Part shown: in pieces, positions 18,583 through 28,400 of the stretch
How the letters are laid out: every line of letters starts with the position of its first letter
Numbering within the stretch: position 1 is the stretch's first letter
IMG/VR virus record: IMGVR_UViG_3300016659_000208
Location: 1-59,143 of that record
DNA from: a virus
Taxonomy: Duplodnaviria > Caudoviricetes
DNA: 59,143 nucleotides
Direction: 5' to 3' (one strand)
The notes under the pieces: model-generated
What the model saw: the letters and a program-made list of their open reading frames with translations, nothing else
The model's database searches: none
Told to the model about the DNA's origin: nothing
Made by a program: the position numbers and the translations under genes

Positions 18583-19514
18583 ACAGTACTGTATTTGTCG
18601 AACTCATCAAACCCTGTTGCTTGATCCCAAGTCCCTAAATCTTTTAGAATATCAACCGGGTCATCGTAGTCGTCAGTTTCTATTGTTGATATTTCACCAG
18701 TACCTTCGCCTTCAGTTTCTTTTCTAGAATCTGACTTAACGTATGCATTTTTATATTTTAAGCTATCTACAAAAGTTGTAACAAATTCTTTATCGCTTAA
18801 AGTCTTTACATCATAAGCTTGCATTATTGCATCGCGTAAAGCTGAGTTAAATTCTTCAGAGTCATACAAATCAGTCCCAGAGGAAACCGTAATCTCATCT
18901 GGAAGCTCAACAAATACTTTCTGAAAATCAGGAATAAATCTTGCCATACTTCTAACATAAGTCGTTTCAGTGGATGTAGTTGGTTCCGCTTGTGTTGTTG
19001 TATTTTCTGCACTCTTAACTGCAGCTTTTACTTTTTTTACACCCTTAACTGAGGTAACTACACCTTTCTCACCAGCTGCATAATCTCTATAAAAGTCACC
19101 GAGATTAGCAATTACCCTAGCCGTATATCCTCTTAAAGCATCGCTACCTGGTACTTGAAGCTCAGGGTGTTGTATCTTCAAATCTTTTAAGGCTAAGTCA
19201 ATTGCGCTTTTTATAGCCAATCTGAATTGATCTTCATTTCTCGATGGGTTTACATAGCCAACTTCTTTACCATTTATGACGCTAGGTTTTTGTTTGAAGA
19301 GGCGAGGAAAAATAGCTGCAGTCAGCTTATCTGCTGCATCTTCTATAGATATATTTAAACTTTTTGCTATTGCACCAACCAAATACCCACCCCCAGGTGC
19401 AGATTTAATTTTCTGCCTGATTGTAGGGGATGAACCACCCGCCCAATCAGTGCCTACGTCTAGCTCATTTATTAACTTGTAAGCTTCAAAAATAAGCTTA
19501 GAATCATTATCCAT
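18579..19514 (-). CDS. Hypothetical late protein, probable internal head protein
   Basis: 311 aa; LIFEAYKLINE leader; TAAATA-N7-ATG. Confidence 0.55.
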   Translation of the reverse strand: MDNDSKLIFEAYKLINELDVGTDWAGGSSPTIRQKIKSAPGGGYLVGAIAKSLNISIEDAADKLTAAIFPRLFKQKPSVINGKEVGYVNPSRNEDQFRLAIKSAIDLALKDLKIQHPELQVPGSDALRGYTARVIANLGDFYRDYAAGEKGVVTSVKGVKKVKAAVKSAENTTTQAEPTTSTETTYVRSMARFIPDFQKVFVELPDEITVSSGTDLYDSEEFNSALRDAIMQAYDVKTLSDKEFVTTFVDSLKYKNAYVKSDSRKETEGEGTGEISTIETDDYDDPVDILKDLGTWDQATGFDEFDKYSTV

Positions 19515-19516
19515 AC

Positions 19517-19544
19517 TTGATTATTTATTAGGAAGCTCTATAAT
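19517..19544 (+). promoter_or_regulatory. Sigma70-type promoter overlapping a divergent late box
   Basis: TTGATT-N16-TATAAT-N7-ATG(19552); minus-strand TAAATA at 19527-19522. Confidence 0.65.
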
Positions 19545-19551
19545 TTTATAG

Positions 19552-20202
19552 ATGATAGGTATTTTCTCTATTAGTCCACTAAACGGTAATTGTTTATTAG
19601 AAAAAACATTTCCAAAACAGAATGATATAGAGCTGAATATTACCTACAACAATTCATATTTAGGATTAAGTCAATTTTATAATAATATTATAGAAAATAC
19701 GGAAAATGATAGGTATGAAGCTGTTATATGTTGTCACCATGATGTAAATTTACGATTTGCTAATTTAACTATAGCTGCAAAAGATTCTTTATTAAATTAT
19801 GACATAGTGGGGGTTGCTGGAGGTATTCAACCTAAACTTATAGAAAAAAACTTATGGCATTGGATGATAGAACCTGATAATTACAGGGGCATAGCAGCCC
19901 ATGGGGATAAGATTGAACACATGTATGTTACTACTTTCGGACCAACTCCTGCAACCGTTGAGGTTTTAGATGGGGTTTTTTTGATGTTTAACACAAAGAA
20001 AATACGCAATACTAAAGCTAGGTTTGACGAAGCATTTATGTGGCATCACTATGACATAGATTTTAGTTTGACTTGTAAAAAATATAATATTAAGTTAGGG
20101 GTATGGCCTATTTTAATACATCACCAAAGCCCAGGACTTCGGGATGTTAATGATGAGCACTGGGGTAAGAGTAATGATTATTTTAAATTAAAATGGAAGT
20201 AA
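19552..20202 (+). CDS. GT-A (GT2-like) glycosyltransferase
   Basis: YN, HHDV, DIVGVAG, LDGVFL, FDE.F..HHYDIDF, I.H.S. Confidence 0.75.
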   Translation: MIGIFSISPLNGNCLLEKTFPKQNDIELNITYNNSYLGLSQFYNNIIENTENDRYEAVICCHHDVNLRFANLTIAAKDSLLNYDIVGVAGGIQPKLIEKNLWHWMIEPDNYRGIAAHGDKIEHMYVTTFGPTPATVEVLDGVFLMFNTKKIRNTKARFDEAFMWHHYDIDFSLTCKKYNIKLGVWPILIHHQSPGLRDVNDEHWGKSNDYFKLKWK

Positions 20203-21533
20203 AAACTACAAATAAAGTACTTGATTTAGATTTCTACGAAACCGTAGTTATATATCATTGCTTAATAGATCCGTCATATCTATCAGGAATTATTGATTCA
20301 ATTGAACCGAGATTTTTTAAAAATAAAGATATTAAAAATATTATTTCAATAATAATAAAATTTTTTAATGAACGAGGAACAGTTCCTACTCATACTGAAA
20401 TTAAAGCATATTTAACTACGGAAGATCTTAAAACAAATTTTAAAAACGTTGTAGGGCTTTTTATTGACATAGATAAAAAAATAAATAAAAATGAACTGAT
20501 AGAAAATACAGAATTATTTCTTAAGGAGAAAGCAGTATATAATGCTTTATTAGATGCTGCGGATAAACTAGATTCAAAGCAGCTTAATACGTCCGACCTA
20601 TTGACTAAAATAGAAAAAGCTGTTGGTATTAATCTTTCCCAACATTTAGGTATAGAGCTATTCACAGATATTGATATTTTTATTAAGGACTTACATAACG
20701 AAGAACCGCATATTAGATCAGGGTGGAAGTGGCTTGATGGCAAGCTTGGCGGCGGTTTTCTCGAAAACGGAAGAGCGTTGTATGTATTTGCAGGCGAAAC
20801 TAATGTTGGTAAGAGTATATTTTTAGGTAATATTGCTAGCAATATTGCTCTTAACGGTAAGACTGTTTTGTTGATTTCTCTTGAGATGAGCGAAATGATG
20901 TATGCTAGGAGGTTGTCTTCAGCTATTACAAGTATACCGCTTAGCCACTTAAAGACGGAATCTAATACTCTTAAACAGCTCATATCACAAATTGGTACAG
21001 ACAAGAAAGCAAGAATCATTATAAAAGAGTTTCCCCCATCTACGCTAACACCACACCAACTTAAATCTTACGTAAAAAAGCTAATTCAAAAAGGGTTAAA
21101 GCCCGATGCTATTGTTCTGGATTATTTAAATCTTCTTCATAGTCCGTTGGGGAATAATAGTTATGAGAGAGTGTTGTATGCCGCACAACAAGTACGGGCA
21201 CTTAGTTACGATTTAAACTGTCCAATTATTTCTGCAACACAGCTTAATAGATCTGGGTATAATATAGACAACCCAGGGCTAGAGACAATTTCTGAAAGTA
21301 TAGGGTTAGCTACAACCTCTGATGCTATTATTTCTATATGGCAAAAAGATGAAGATAAAGAACTTGGTTTAATACACATAGGAATGACCAAGAATAGATT
21401 TGGGCCTAATTTTGGCAGTATTGCATTAAAGATAGACTACAATACACTGCAAATTACAGAAGATGATACTATTAACGAAAGTGATGAAGCCAGAGAGTTT
21501 ACAAAAACATTATCAGATTTAAGTAGTACGTGA
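20193..21533 (+). CDS. gp41: Replicative helicase gp41 (DnaB-like)
   Basis: GETNVGKS, SLEM, IKEFP, DYLNL, SATQLNR, KNRFG. Confidence 0.93.
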   Translation: MEVKTTNKVLDLDFYETVVIYHCLIDPSYLSGIIDSIEPRFFKNKDIKNIISIIIKFFNERGTVPTHTEIKAYLTTEDLKTNFKNVVGLFIDIDKKINKNELIENTELFLKEKAVYNALLDAADKLDSKQLNTSDLLTKIEKAVGINLSQHLGIELFTDIDIFIKDLHNEEPHIRSGWKWLDGKLGGGFLENGRALYVFAGETNVGKSIFLGNIASNIALNGKTVLLISLEMSEMMYARRLSSAITSIPLSHLKTESNTLKQLISQIGTDKKARIIIKEFPPSTLTPHQLKSYVKKLIQKGLKPDAIVLDYLNLLHSPLGNNSYERVLYAAQQVRALSYDLNCPIISATQLNRSGYNIDNPGLETISESIGLATTSDAIISIWQKDEDKELGLIHIGMTKNRFGPNFGSIALKIDYNTLQITEDDTINESDEAREFTKTLSDLSST

Positions 21534-21570
21534 TTTCTGTCAGTTAAGATATAAATTCTTACAATTCATT

Positions 21571-21837
21571 ATGAATTGCAAGAATATTAATTACGCTGAG
21601 ACAGATCATCTATTTAGATCCTACTGCAGTTTTATTTGTATAATTTACAATAAAAAATATAATTTAGCTAATATATTGCTTTTATTTTTACAAAATAAAA
21701 ATCTTAAAGGCTTATTTAAATCTTTATTAGATGTTGAAAGTGATGTTCTAGCGGTTAAAATGTTTCTTGAGTTTGATCCTTCCTTATGTAAGAGCAAATA
21801 TATTATGAAGTATTTAAATTCACGAAAAATAAAGTGA
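21571..21837 (+). CDS. Hypothetical protein
   Basis: 88 aa ORF in the replication operon. Confidence 0.5.
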   Translation: MNCKNINYAETDHLFRSYCSFICIIYNKKYNLANILLLFLQNKNLKGLFKSLLDVESDVLAVKMFLEFDPSLCKSKYIMKYLNSRKIK

Positions 21838-22478
21838 TTTCAGAAAAAATTATTTACAATCTTTTTTTAAAAATTTCTCGCACCCATGCAGGGTTACCCT
21901 ATAGATACAGAAAGCAGTGGCATGGCTTTGAAGAAACTCCACATTATCAGCATGTTTTGAGACTAAAGAATTTTTTTCACAGAAATAAAAGTGTTGATGT
22001 TAATGAATTTTTTTCAGCACCTTATACCGTTTATCCTGGAGAAAGCGGATTTGATCTAACATTTTACTCTTCCCCCAAAGCCATAAAAATTTACACCATG
22101 GCACAAAAGAAAAAACTTTTTTTACCGCCAGATAATCAATATCATCTTAATAATATAGCCAAGGGATTAAAATATATTTTTCGATTTTGCAAAGAAAAAA
22201 ATATTTTATTATCTGAATACTTAAAATACAAAACCGGTGTGCAGCCGATTTTTATAACACATTTAAAAGAAAGACGTATTAGCATCTACAATTTATTTGC
22301 TTTTGAAAATATGGACAGGGAGTTAAGAGAAGTTGACCCGGGTATATTAAAATTTACATTAGGTGAAATTTATGATAATATTGATATGTTTAGAACAAAA
22401 TACTTTACAAGTAAAATTGCAAAGAAAGTTGCAACACTTGGCTTAAAAAAACTTTATGATAAGGAAAATAATAGTTGA
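21834..22478 (+). CDS. Hypothetical basic protein; positional candidate for gp59 helicase loader
   Basis: 214 aa, basic and aromatic, directly upstream of gp32. Confidence 0.4.
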   Translation: MISEKIIYNLFLKISRTHAGLPYRYRKQWHGFEETPHYQHVLRLKNFFHRNKSVDVNEFFSAPYTVYPGESGFDLTFYSSPKAIKIYTMAQKKKLFLPPDNQYHLNNIAKGLKYIFRFCKEKNILLSEYLKYKTGVQPIFITHLKERRISIYNLFAFENMDRELREVDPGILKFTLGEIYDNIDMFRTKYFTSKIAKKVATLGLKKLYDKENNS

Positions 22479-22502
22479 TTCTTGAAATAATGCTATTATT
22501 AT
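22475..22502 (+). promoter_or_regulatory. Sigma70-type promoter (leaderless)
   Basis: TTGATT-N16-TATTAT-N6-ATG(22509). Confidence 0.65.
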
Positions 22503-22508
22503 AAATGT

Positions 22509-23345
22509 ATGAGCGCAATTACTAAATCAATGTTCGAAAGCATCAAAAGTGCACTAACTAAAAATAATACACAACAATCTCGCAATAAAGATATTTTAAA
22601 GTGCGAAGTTGGAAATACTTACACGGTACGTTTATTGCCAAACACAAATAATCCTGAGAAGACTTTTTTTCACTATTACACATTCGGTTGGACAAGCTTT
22701 GCTACAGGGCAATATGTATCAGCAGTAAGTCCTTCTAGCTTTGGCGGCCGCGACCCTATTGCCGAATATAGATATAAAATTCTAAAGACAGGTACTGATG
22801 ATGAAAAGCAGAAAGCACGTGCTATTTTAAGGTCAGAAAAATGGCTAGTAAATGCTTATATTATTAATGATCCGGTTACCCCTGAAAATAACGGTAAGAA
22901 CATGATTGTTAGATATGGTAAGCAATTACATAAAATTATTATGGACGCTGTAGAAGGCGAGAGCGCTGAAGATCTTGGTTCGCGAATATTTGATCTTTCA
23001 GATAAAGGATGTAGCTTAAAAATTAAGGTTGAGCAGCAAGGGGACTACCCAACTTATGTTAGTAGCAAGTTTGCTCTGCCTAAAGCTATCGAAGGCCTAG
23101 ATAAGGCTAAATACGAGAGTATTTATGAAAGTATCATAGACTTAGAAACTGTATTGCCTATTAAAAGCTATGATGAGCTAAATACTCTTCTTGAAGAACA
23201 TTTCCTTGTTAACGCTACGATTGAATCAAGGTCACAGCCGGTGAAGGCCTCAAAGATTAATAACGCCGTTACAACATCCGCGGAAGATCTTCTTGAAGAT
23301 GATACTGTAAAACAGTTGTTAGCTGATATTGAAGATGCAAAATAA
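22509..23345 (+). CDS. gp32: Single-stranded DNA-binding protein gp32
   Basis: VRLLP, DP..PENNGK, YGK, FDL..G, Y..SKF, acidic C-tail. Confidence 0.85.
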   Translation: MSAITKSMFESIKSALTKNNTQQSRNKDILKCEVGNTYTVRLLPNTNNPEKTFFHYYTFGWTSFATGQYVSAVSPSSFGGRDPIAEYRYKILKTGTDDEKQKARAILRSEKWLVNAYIINDPVTPENNGKNMIVRYGKQLHKIIMDAVEGESAEDLGSRIFDLSDKGCSLKIKVEQQGDYPTYVSSKFALPKAIEGLDKAKYESIYESIIDLETVLPIKSYDELNTLLEEHFLVNATIESRSQPVKASKINNAVTTSAEDLLEDDTVKQLLADIEDAK

Positions 23346-23734
23346 TGGACGGTATAGTCAATCTTACACCAGACGATCCCCGTGCTCGCGAAGCTATAGT
23401 AAATCTTCTTGGCACTACATTATCTGAGTTAAAAGAGATTGATAAAAATGTTGTTGGTGGCTCACGCAATATATCGGCATTAAAAACAGATTTAAAAAAT
23501 GTTTTTAATTTTCAGCAACCTTCACAAATTACTTCAACTACTAATACGGTTGTTCAGCCGCCTGCACAATCGCAAGTTCAACCATCAGTATTACCATTAA
23601 TTTCGCCGCCTGAAGACCCGAACCAATTGATTTTTGATTTTAACCAGAAGATAACTCCAAATACTATTAACGATAAACTGGATAGAATTTTAGATAAACT
23701 AGATAGAATTATTTCTACTATTTGTAGCAAGTAA
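23345..23734 (+). CDS. Hypothetical protein
   Basis: 129 aa with Q/P-rich linker and C-terminal coiled coil. Confidence 0.55.
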   Translation: MDGIVNLTPDDPRAREAIVNLLGTTLSELKEIDKNVVGGSRNISALKTDLKNVFNFQQPSQITSTTNTVVQPPAQSQVQPSVLPLISPPEDPNQLIFDFNQKITPNTINDKLDRILDKLDRIISTICSK

Positions 23735-23761
23735 TTGCATTTATAGTTTTTTTACTATAAT
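23735..23761 (+). promoter_or_regulatory. Sigma70-type promoter (leaderless)
   Basis: TTGCAT-N15-TATAAT-N6-GTG(23768). Confidence 0.55.
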
Positions 23762-23767
23762 AATTAT

Positions 23768-24496
23768 GTGAATGTTTTTATACCTAACAAAAAGCTTTTT
23801 ATTAGTAGCTTTCTACAGCCAGTAAGTAAGATTAGTGATAGTTGTGTCATTTGTGTAAAAAACGATGGATTAACATGTACTGTATGTACTTCTGATTCCT
23901 CTATAGTACTTAATACACAGTATAAAATTAATCTGACGGTGGACTCTCCTATCTGTCTTAATATTGCAGATATTAAGAAAGTTATTAAAGCGTTTGAATG
24001 TGTGAGTGGCGACAGCTTTACGTTTAAAGTTGACAAAAATAATATATGTTATTCTGGACCAGAAGTGAATTTTAAATATCATTTACTTGAAAATGGTATT
24101 ATTAATCAGCCTAAACTGAATATAGAGAAATTAGATTGTATAGATTTCCCTATAACTTTTGTCATTCAATATAAAACCTTTATTGAGTTGTTACGAGGAA
24201 GTACTTTTGCAACAGAAAGTAATAAATTATACTTATATTCAAAAGATAATAAGGTTTATGGTGACTTAACCGATAGAGCCCGACATAATGTAGATAACTT
24301 TTCTTTACCTCTTGCAGAGTATACAGGCCCTACGCTTACTGACATATGCTTGAATTTTGAGACTATTAGAATAATTAGTGGTGTGAGAGTGAAGCAGTTA
24401 GAATGTAAAATAAATCCTAAGCTTGGTGTTATATTGTTTCAAATTAACGATGACACTATTAAAACAAAATATATTGCTTCTTCTCTGGTAAAATGA
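23768..24496 (+). CDS. gp45: Sliding clamp (gp45/PCNA-like)
   Basis: 242 aa; two-domain beta-alpha-beta pattern; C-terminal KYIAS. Confidence 0.65.
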   Translation: MNVFIPNKKLFISSFLQPVSKISDSCVICVKNDGLTCTVCTSDSSIVLNTQYKINLTVDSPICLNIADIKKVIKAFECVSGDSFTFKVDKNNICYSGPEVNFKYHLLENGIINQPKLNIEKLDCIDFPITFVIQYKTFIELLRGSTFATESNKLYLYSKDNKVYGDLTDRARHNVDNFSLPLAEYTGPTLTDICLNFETIRIISGVRVKQLECKINPKLGVILFQINDDTIKTKYIASSLVK

Positions 24497-24849
24497 TCAC
24501 ACCAAAAAATAAAATTAGAACTCCCAGCTACTTTATGAAGCGGCTGCGCGATAATGGGTTTATTGTTTTAAGAATTTTTGATAGGTACGGTAAACACGAC
24601 CCTCGAAGATGGACAGTTTTGGTTGACCCGGGTCTTTCTTCAGTCTTTATTACCTGTTTTTCAAACAAAGAATTTAACGGCGATTTAATGTTTGAATTAA
24701 ATGATGGAGGGCTAAGAATTAATAAAAATTTTAATATAAAAACCGATAGTATTGAAGTTATTATTACGTATCTTCTTGAAAGAGGTATTAACAATAACCC
24801 GTATAACAGCCCGTATTACATAGAAAGGCCTAAATATAATGGTGAGTAA
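24493..24849 (+). CDS. Hypothetical protein
   Basis: 118 aa; DPRRWTVLVDPG. Confidence 0.6.
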   Translation: MITPKNKIRTPSYFMKRLRDNGFIVLRIFDRYGKHDPRRWTVLVDPGLSSVFITCFSNKEFNGDLMFELNDGGLRINKNFNIKTDSIEVIITYLLERGINNNPYNSPYYIERPKYNGE

Positions 24850-25174
24850 ATTCAAACACAATAACGATGATATGAACGATAAAGTACCTAAAATTACTAG
24901 TTACGATAAAAAAGTAATTGAAGATATGTTAAAGTCAAGCTTGCAAGAATTTTTAGTTAGAAAATCTGGTTCTAACATGGAGAAAATTAAAGATGTTAAT
25001 AATTTGATTTCTCTTATTACAGAATATTTAAGTGCCTTTATAATTATTGGGTATGATGTGTCTGGCCAGCCGGTAAATATTGTTCACGCCACAAATCAAA
25101 TGGACGCTGATGCTTTAAGTGCGGCTATTAATAAATTCATTATTCATTCGATTAGTGGGTCATCAGAAAAATGA
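24839..25174 (+). CDS. Hypothetical late protein
   Basis: 111 aa; TAAATA at 24831-24836; start may be GTG 24842. Confidence 0.55.
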   Translation: MVSKFKHNNDDMNDKVPKITSYDKKVIEDMLKSSLQEFLVRKSGSNMEKIKDVNNLISLITEYLSAFIIIGYDVSGQPVNIVHATNQMDADALSAAINKFIIHSISGSSEK

Positions 25175-26034
25175 GAACAGTAGTAATTTTTGGTAAAGGA
25201 TTTATTGGACAGGGGTTAGAGAGATTTTTAACTTTACGAAATATTAAAGTGGAATGCTATAGTAAGGCACAAGTAGATTATACTGACCCAGTTGCATTAC
25301 AACAGTTTTTAAAAGACAGGTATAGAAATTATGAAATTATAATCAATTGTTCTGGGTTCACAGGTACACCTAACGTTGATGGGTGCGAAAATAATAAACC
25401 CGATTGTTGGTTTTGGAATGTAATTGTACCAAGAACTGTTGTATTGGTGTCTAATATGTTCGAGCTTCCCGTATTTCAGATTAACAGCGGTTGTATTTAT
25501 ACAGGCTATGAAAAGCACTTCACTGAATTAGATCAACCAAACTTTGGATTGTTTGATTCTGAAAGTAGTTTTTATAGCAAAACAAAGCATGCATGTGAGA
25601 CTATATTTAAAAATTGTTTAGTTTATAGTCTAAGAATTAGAATGCCGTTTGAAGGTACCCATAGTAAGAAAAACTATCTTCTTAAACTTTATAAATATGA
25701 AAATTTAATTAGCATGCCAAATAGTCTTACTAGCACTGAAGATTTGTACTCTTTTATTTTGAAATTTATAATATTAAGGAATACCTTGGTCCCTGGGCCT
25801 ATAAATGTGGTTAATGAAGGGGTAATAGATTCTAAGGAAATAGTAGAGATGTTTCGTAGACATAATATTAATAACCCTAACTGGTCTTTTATCGATATTA
25901 ATAGTCTAGATACAAAAGCAAAGCGAAGTAATTGCGTTCTTAGTACAGACAAGTTAAAGAGTATTAATCTACAATTACCTGACGTAAGGGAATCACTTGA
26001 AAGAGATATTGCAAAATTTGCATCTTTATTTTAA
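25171..26034 (+). CDS. NDP-4-keto-6-deoxyglucose 3,5-epimerase/4-reductase (RmlD/NRS-ER-like)
   Basis: G.GFIG, G.TG.PNVD.CE, SGCIY, SFYSKTK (YxxxK), LRIRMP. Confidence 0.8.
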   Translation: MRTVVIFGKGFIGQGLERFLTLRNIKVECYSKAQVDYTDPVALQQFLKDRYRNYEIIINCSGFTGTPNVDGCENNKPDCWFWNVIVPRTVVLVSNMFELPVFQINSGCIYTGYEKHFTELDQPNFGLFDSESSFYSKTKHACETIFKNCLVYSLRIRMPFEGTHSKKNYLLKLYKYENLISMPNSLTSTEDLYSFILKFIILRNTLVPGPINVVNEGVIDSKEIVEMFRRHNINNPNWSFIDINSLDTKAKRSNCVLSTDKLKSINLQLPDVRESLERDIAKFASLF

Positions 26035-26299
26035 TAAAAATTTACCCGTTAATAGAGGAATTTATGTTTCTGAAAAAGGTAAATTTGCAGGTGAATTTTT
26101 AATTTACATTAAAGCTCTTAATTCTGGTTTTTTTAGTTTTCTTGGATTACCTAAACTTATTAAAAGGGATATTGATCCTGACCTTTTTAATAGCTGCATT
26201 AAAAGCAAAGACATTGTTTTTGTCGAAAAGTTACCTAACTCTATTTTTAACGGCTGTGTAGAGCAATATAATTTTTTGATTGATAAACAAAAGAAATGA
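25997..26299 (+). CDS. Hypothetical protein
   Basis: About 100 aa; start uncertain. Confidence 0.45.
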   Translation: MKEILQNLHLYFNKNLPVNRGIYVSEKGKFAGEFLIYIKALNSGFFSFLGLPKLIKRDIDPDLFNSCIKSKDIVFVEKLPNSIFNGCVEQYNFLIDKQKK

Positions 26300-26312
26300 A
26301 TAAATATATTAT

Positions 26313-26498
26313 ATGGACTTTGTAAAACCTATCAAGATAACGAGCCCTATTAGTGGACAATCGGTTACTCCAAAAATTATTGAGCGTATATACGAGGGCA
26401 AGCTATACAAAGAAGCACATTGGATTGATCCTGCTAGCGGTACTTTTATTCGTAAAGGTATTATAAGCATAGAGGATTTAAAAGAAAAAAAAGGTTGA
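26313..26498 (+). CDS. Small late protein
   Basis: 61 aa; TAAATA(26301-26306)-N6-ATG. Confidence 0.6.
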   Translation: MDFVKPIKITSPISGQSVTPKIIERIYEGKLYKEAHWIDPASGTFIRKGIISIEDLKEKKG

Positions 26499-26522
26499 TA
26501 GTTTCTCTAAAAGAACTATAAT
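26495..26522 (+). promoter_or_regulatory. Sigma70-type promoter (leaderless)
   Basis: TTGATA-N16-TATAAT-N6-GTG(26529). Confidence 0.7.
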
Positions 26523-26528
26523 TGCTTA

Positions 26529-27557
26529 GTGCTAGCAGAAGACTATATAGTTTCAAAATTTTATCAATACGCGGGCTATCCACGTTATAATAGATTATCT
26601 AAATCATACAATGCTGGTTGCCCAACGTGCAGAGAAGGTTCTTCCTGGGGCAAGAAGAGAAGACTGTATTTTGTACCGCGGAAAAATTTAGTTTTTTGCC
26701 ATAACTGTGGGTTAAGTCTTAACCCTTGTAGATGGATTCAAAAAGTCGCGGATATGAGTTATGGTGAAGTATTGAAAGAGAATAGTCAATTTAATATTTC
26801 ACTAGATACGGTAATATCTAAAACAGTAACATTACCTGAGGTAGATACGGCTATGACCCCTACCGATTTGCCTGAAGATGCAATAAATCTATACGACAAA
26901 GATCAAGTTGAATTTTATAAAAACAATTCATATGTTAAAGCTGCACTAGATGTTATTAATAATAGAAAATTGGATATTGCTATCAATAAGCCTAAAACGC
27001 TATGGTTAAGTCTAAGTGATAAAATTCACAAAAACAGGCTTATTATACCGTTTTACGATCTTGCAGGAAAAATTATACACTATCAGACACGAACAATTAT
27101 AGAAAATAAAAAAGCTCCAAAGTATTTGTCAAAAGTTAATAGTGAAAAAAGTTTATTTGGTGTCGATCGTGTTAATGGCGATTTACCATATTTGTTTGTG
27201 ACTGAAGGTCCAATAGATGCTTTTTTTATTGAAAACGGCGTTGCTGTAGCTGGTATCAACGAAGGGAAAGGATCATTTTTTACAGACAAACAAAAGAATC
27301 AATTAAAAGCTTTTCCTTTTCACGACATAGTCTGGGTATTAGATAATCAATTTGTGGATAGTGTAAGCAAGAAAAAGAGCGCGATTCTTGCTAGAGCTGG
27401 GTATAAGCTTTTTATATGGCCAGAAAAATTTCGTGCAATGAAAGATCTTAATGAGGTTGCTATCAAATTAAATATTGAAAAAATACCTACGAAATTTATA
27501 CTTCAAAACGTTTATTCAGGTGTCAAAGCTAATATAGTGTTATCTAACTTAAATTAA
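26529..27557 (+). CDS. gp61: DNA primase gp61
   Basis: CPTC...CHNCG Zn finger, RLIIPF, KY, TOPRIM EGPIDA, DN, KDLNE. Confidence 0.9.
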   Translation: MLAEDYIVSKFYQYAGYPRYNRLSKSYNAGCPTCREGSSWGKKRRLYFVPRKNLVFCHNCGLSLNPCRWIQKVADMSYGEVLKENSQFNISLDTVISKTVTLPEVDTAMTPTDLPEDAINLYDKDQVEFYKNNSYVKAALDVINNRKLDIAINKPKTLWLSLSDKIHKNRLIIPFYDLAGKIIHYQTRTIIENKKAPKYLSKVNSEKSLFGVDRVNGDLPYLFVTEGPIDAFFIENGVAVAGINEGKGSFFTDKQKNQLKAFPFHDIVWVLDNQFVDSVSKKKSAILARAGYKLFIWPEKFRAMKDLNEVAIKLNIEKIPTKFILQNVYSGVKANIVLSNLN

Positions 27558-27964
27558 CTCTCATCACCAGATATAAGGTACCCCTTCAATGATTCATTGA
27601 GAGAGCTTAATTCCATAGCAACACGAGCAAGTCTTTTCTTTTCGCTATTAGATATTTTTTCAAACAAAGTGTCGCACCCTGCAGCTGCGAGCTGTGATTG
27701 AATGCTGTTATTATCAACACCATTTATGTAATTAATAAACTTTTCAATCTCTTGAACCCAAGTAGTTAATGTCTTTTTTTGTGCAGCATTATGTTGTCCA
27801 CGAACTTGATCTACACCTTGAGGCGGGGTATTTGGATCAAGAGCAGTCGGATCTGTCTCAGGGTCAAGCTCCCCCGCCATGGCTTCTGCTTCTGTGGGAG
27901 GCGGCTGCTGTTCTGTTTCATCCGCCTCTAATAGTGTAAGATAACGCTTTTCAAACAAATTCAT
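27554..27964 (-). CDS. Hypothetical late protein, probable internal head protein
   Basis: MNLFEKRYLTLLEA leader; TAAATA(27975-27970)-N5-ATG. Confidence 0.55.
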   Translation of the reverse strand: MNLFEKRYLTLLEADETEQQPPPTEAEAMAGELDPETDPTALDPNTPPQGVDQVRGQHNAAQKKTLTTWVQEIEKFINYINGVDNNSIQSQLAAAGCDTLFEKISNSEKKRLARVAMELSSLNESLKGYLISGDES

Positions 27965-28004
27965 ATTATTATTTATTATTTATGCAAATAGATTAAATAA
28001 TTAT

Positions 28005-28376
28005 ATGGGAAAAAAGTTTAGCGCGCTTAATGAAGATTCACAAATGCTTTACAATAAATGGGTTAGAGGTATTGCAACTAGACAGCTACAGCCTGAAATT
28101 ATAACGATTTCTGACATAATAAATAGATTTAGAAACAATAATCAAGCGCGGAAAATTCTACCTTACCCGTTAGATAGAGTAGTCGACTTTTTAGGAGATT
28201 TATTTGTAAAGTGTGCCGATTTAAGAAGAGTTTTAGCCCAAGGCGCTGGTAGCCCGTTAATTAAAGATAATGTAGATAAGATTAAAACTATACGTGAGCT
28301 TAATAATGATATTCAAGAAATTCAGGAAAAGATATTTTCTTGTACAGAAAAACTTAATAAATTACTTGAAAAATAA
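28005..28376 (+). CDS. Hypothetical late protein
   Basis: TAAATA(27994-27999)-N5-ATG; MGKKFSALNE leader. Confidence 0.55.
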   Translation: MGKKFSALNEDSQMLYNKWVRGIATRQLQPEIITISDIINRFRNNNQARKILPYPLDRVVDFLGDLFVKCADLRRVLAQGAGSPLIKDNVDKIKTIRELNNDIQEIQEKIFSCTEKLNKLLEK

Positions 28377-28394
28377 TAGGTTACAGTTTAAAAT
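28366..28394 (+). promoter_or_regulatory. Sigma70-type promoter (leaderless)
   Basis: TTGAAA-N17-TAAAAT-N6-ATG(28401). Confidence 0.6.
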
Positions 28395-28400
28395 ATATTA

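Noticed and set aside
20390-21019. 209 aa antisense ORF inside gp41
   Set aside because: Mirror of the helicase codons with Ser/Leu/Ile-rich composition; no promoter
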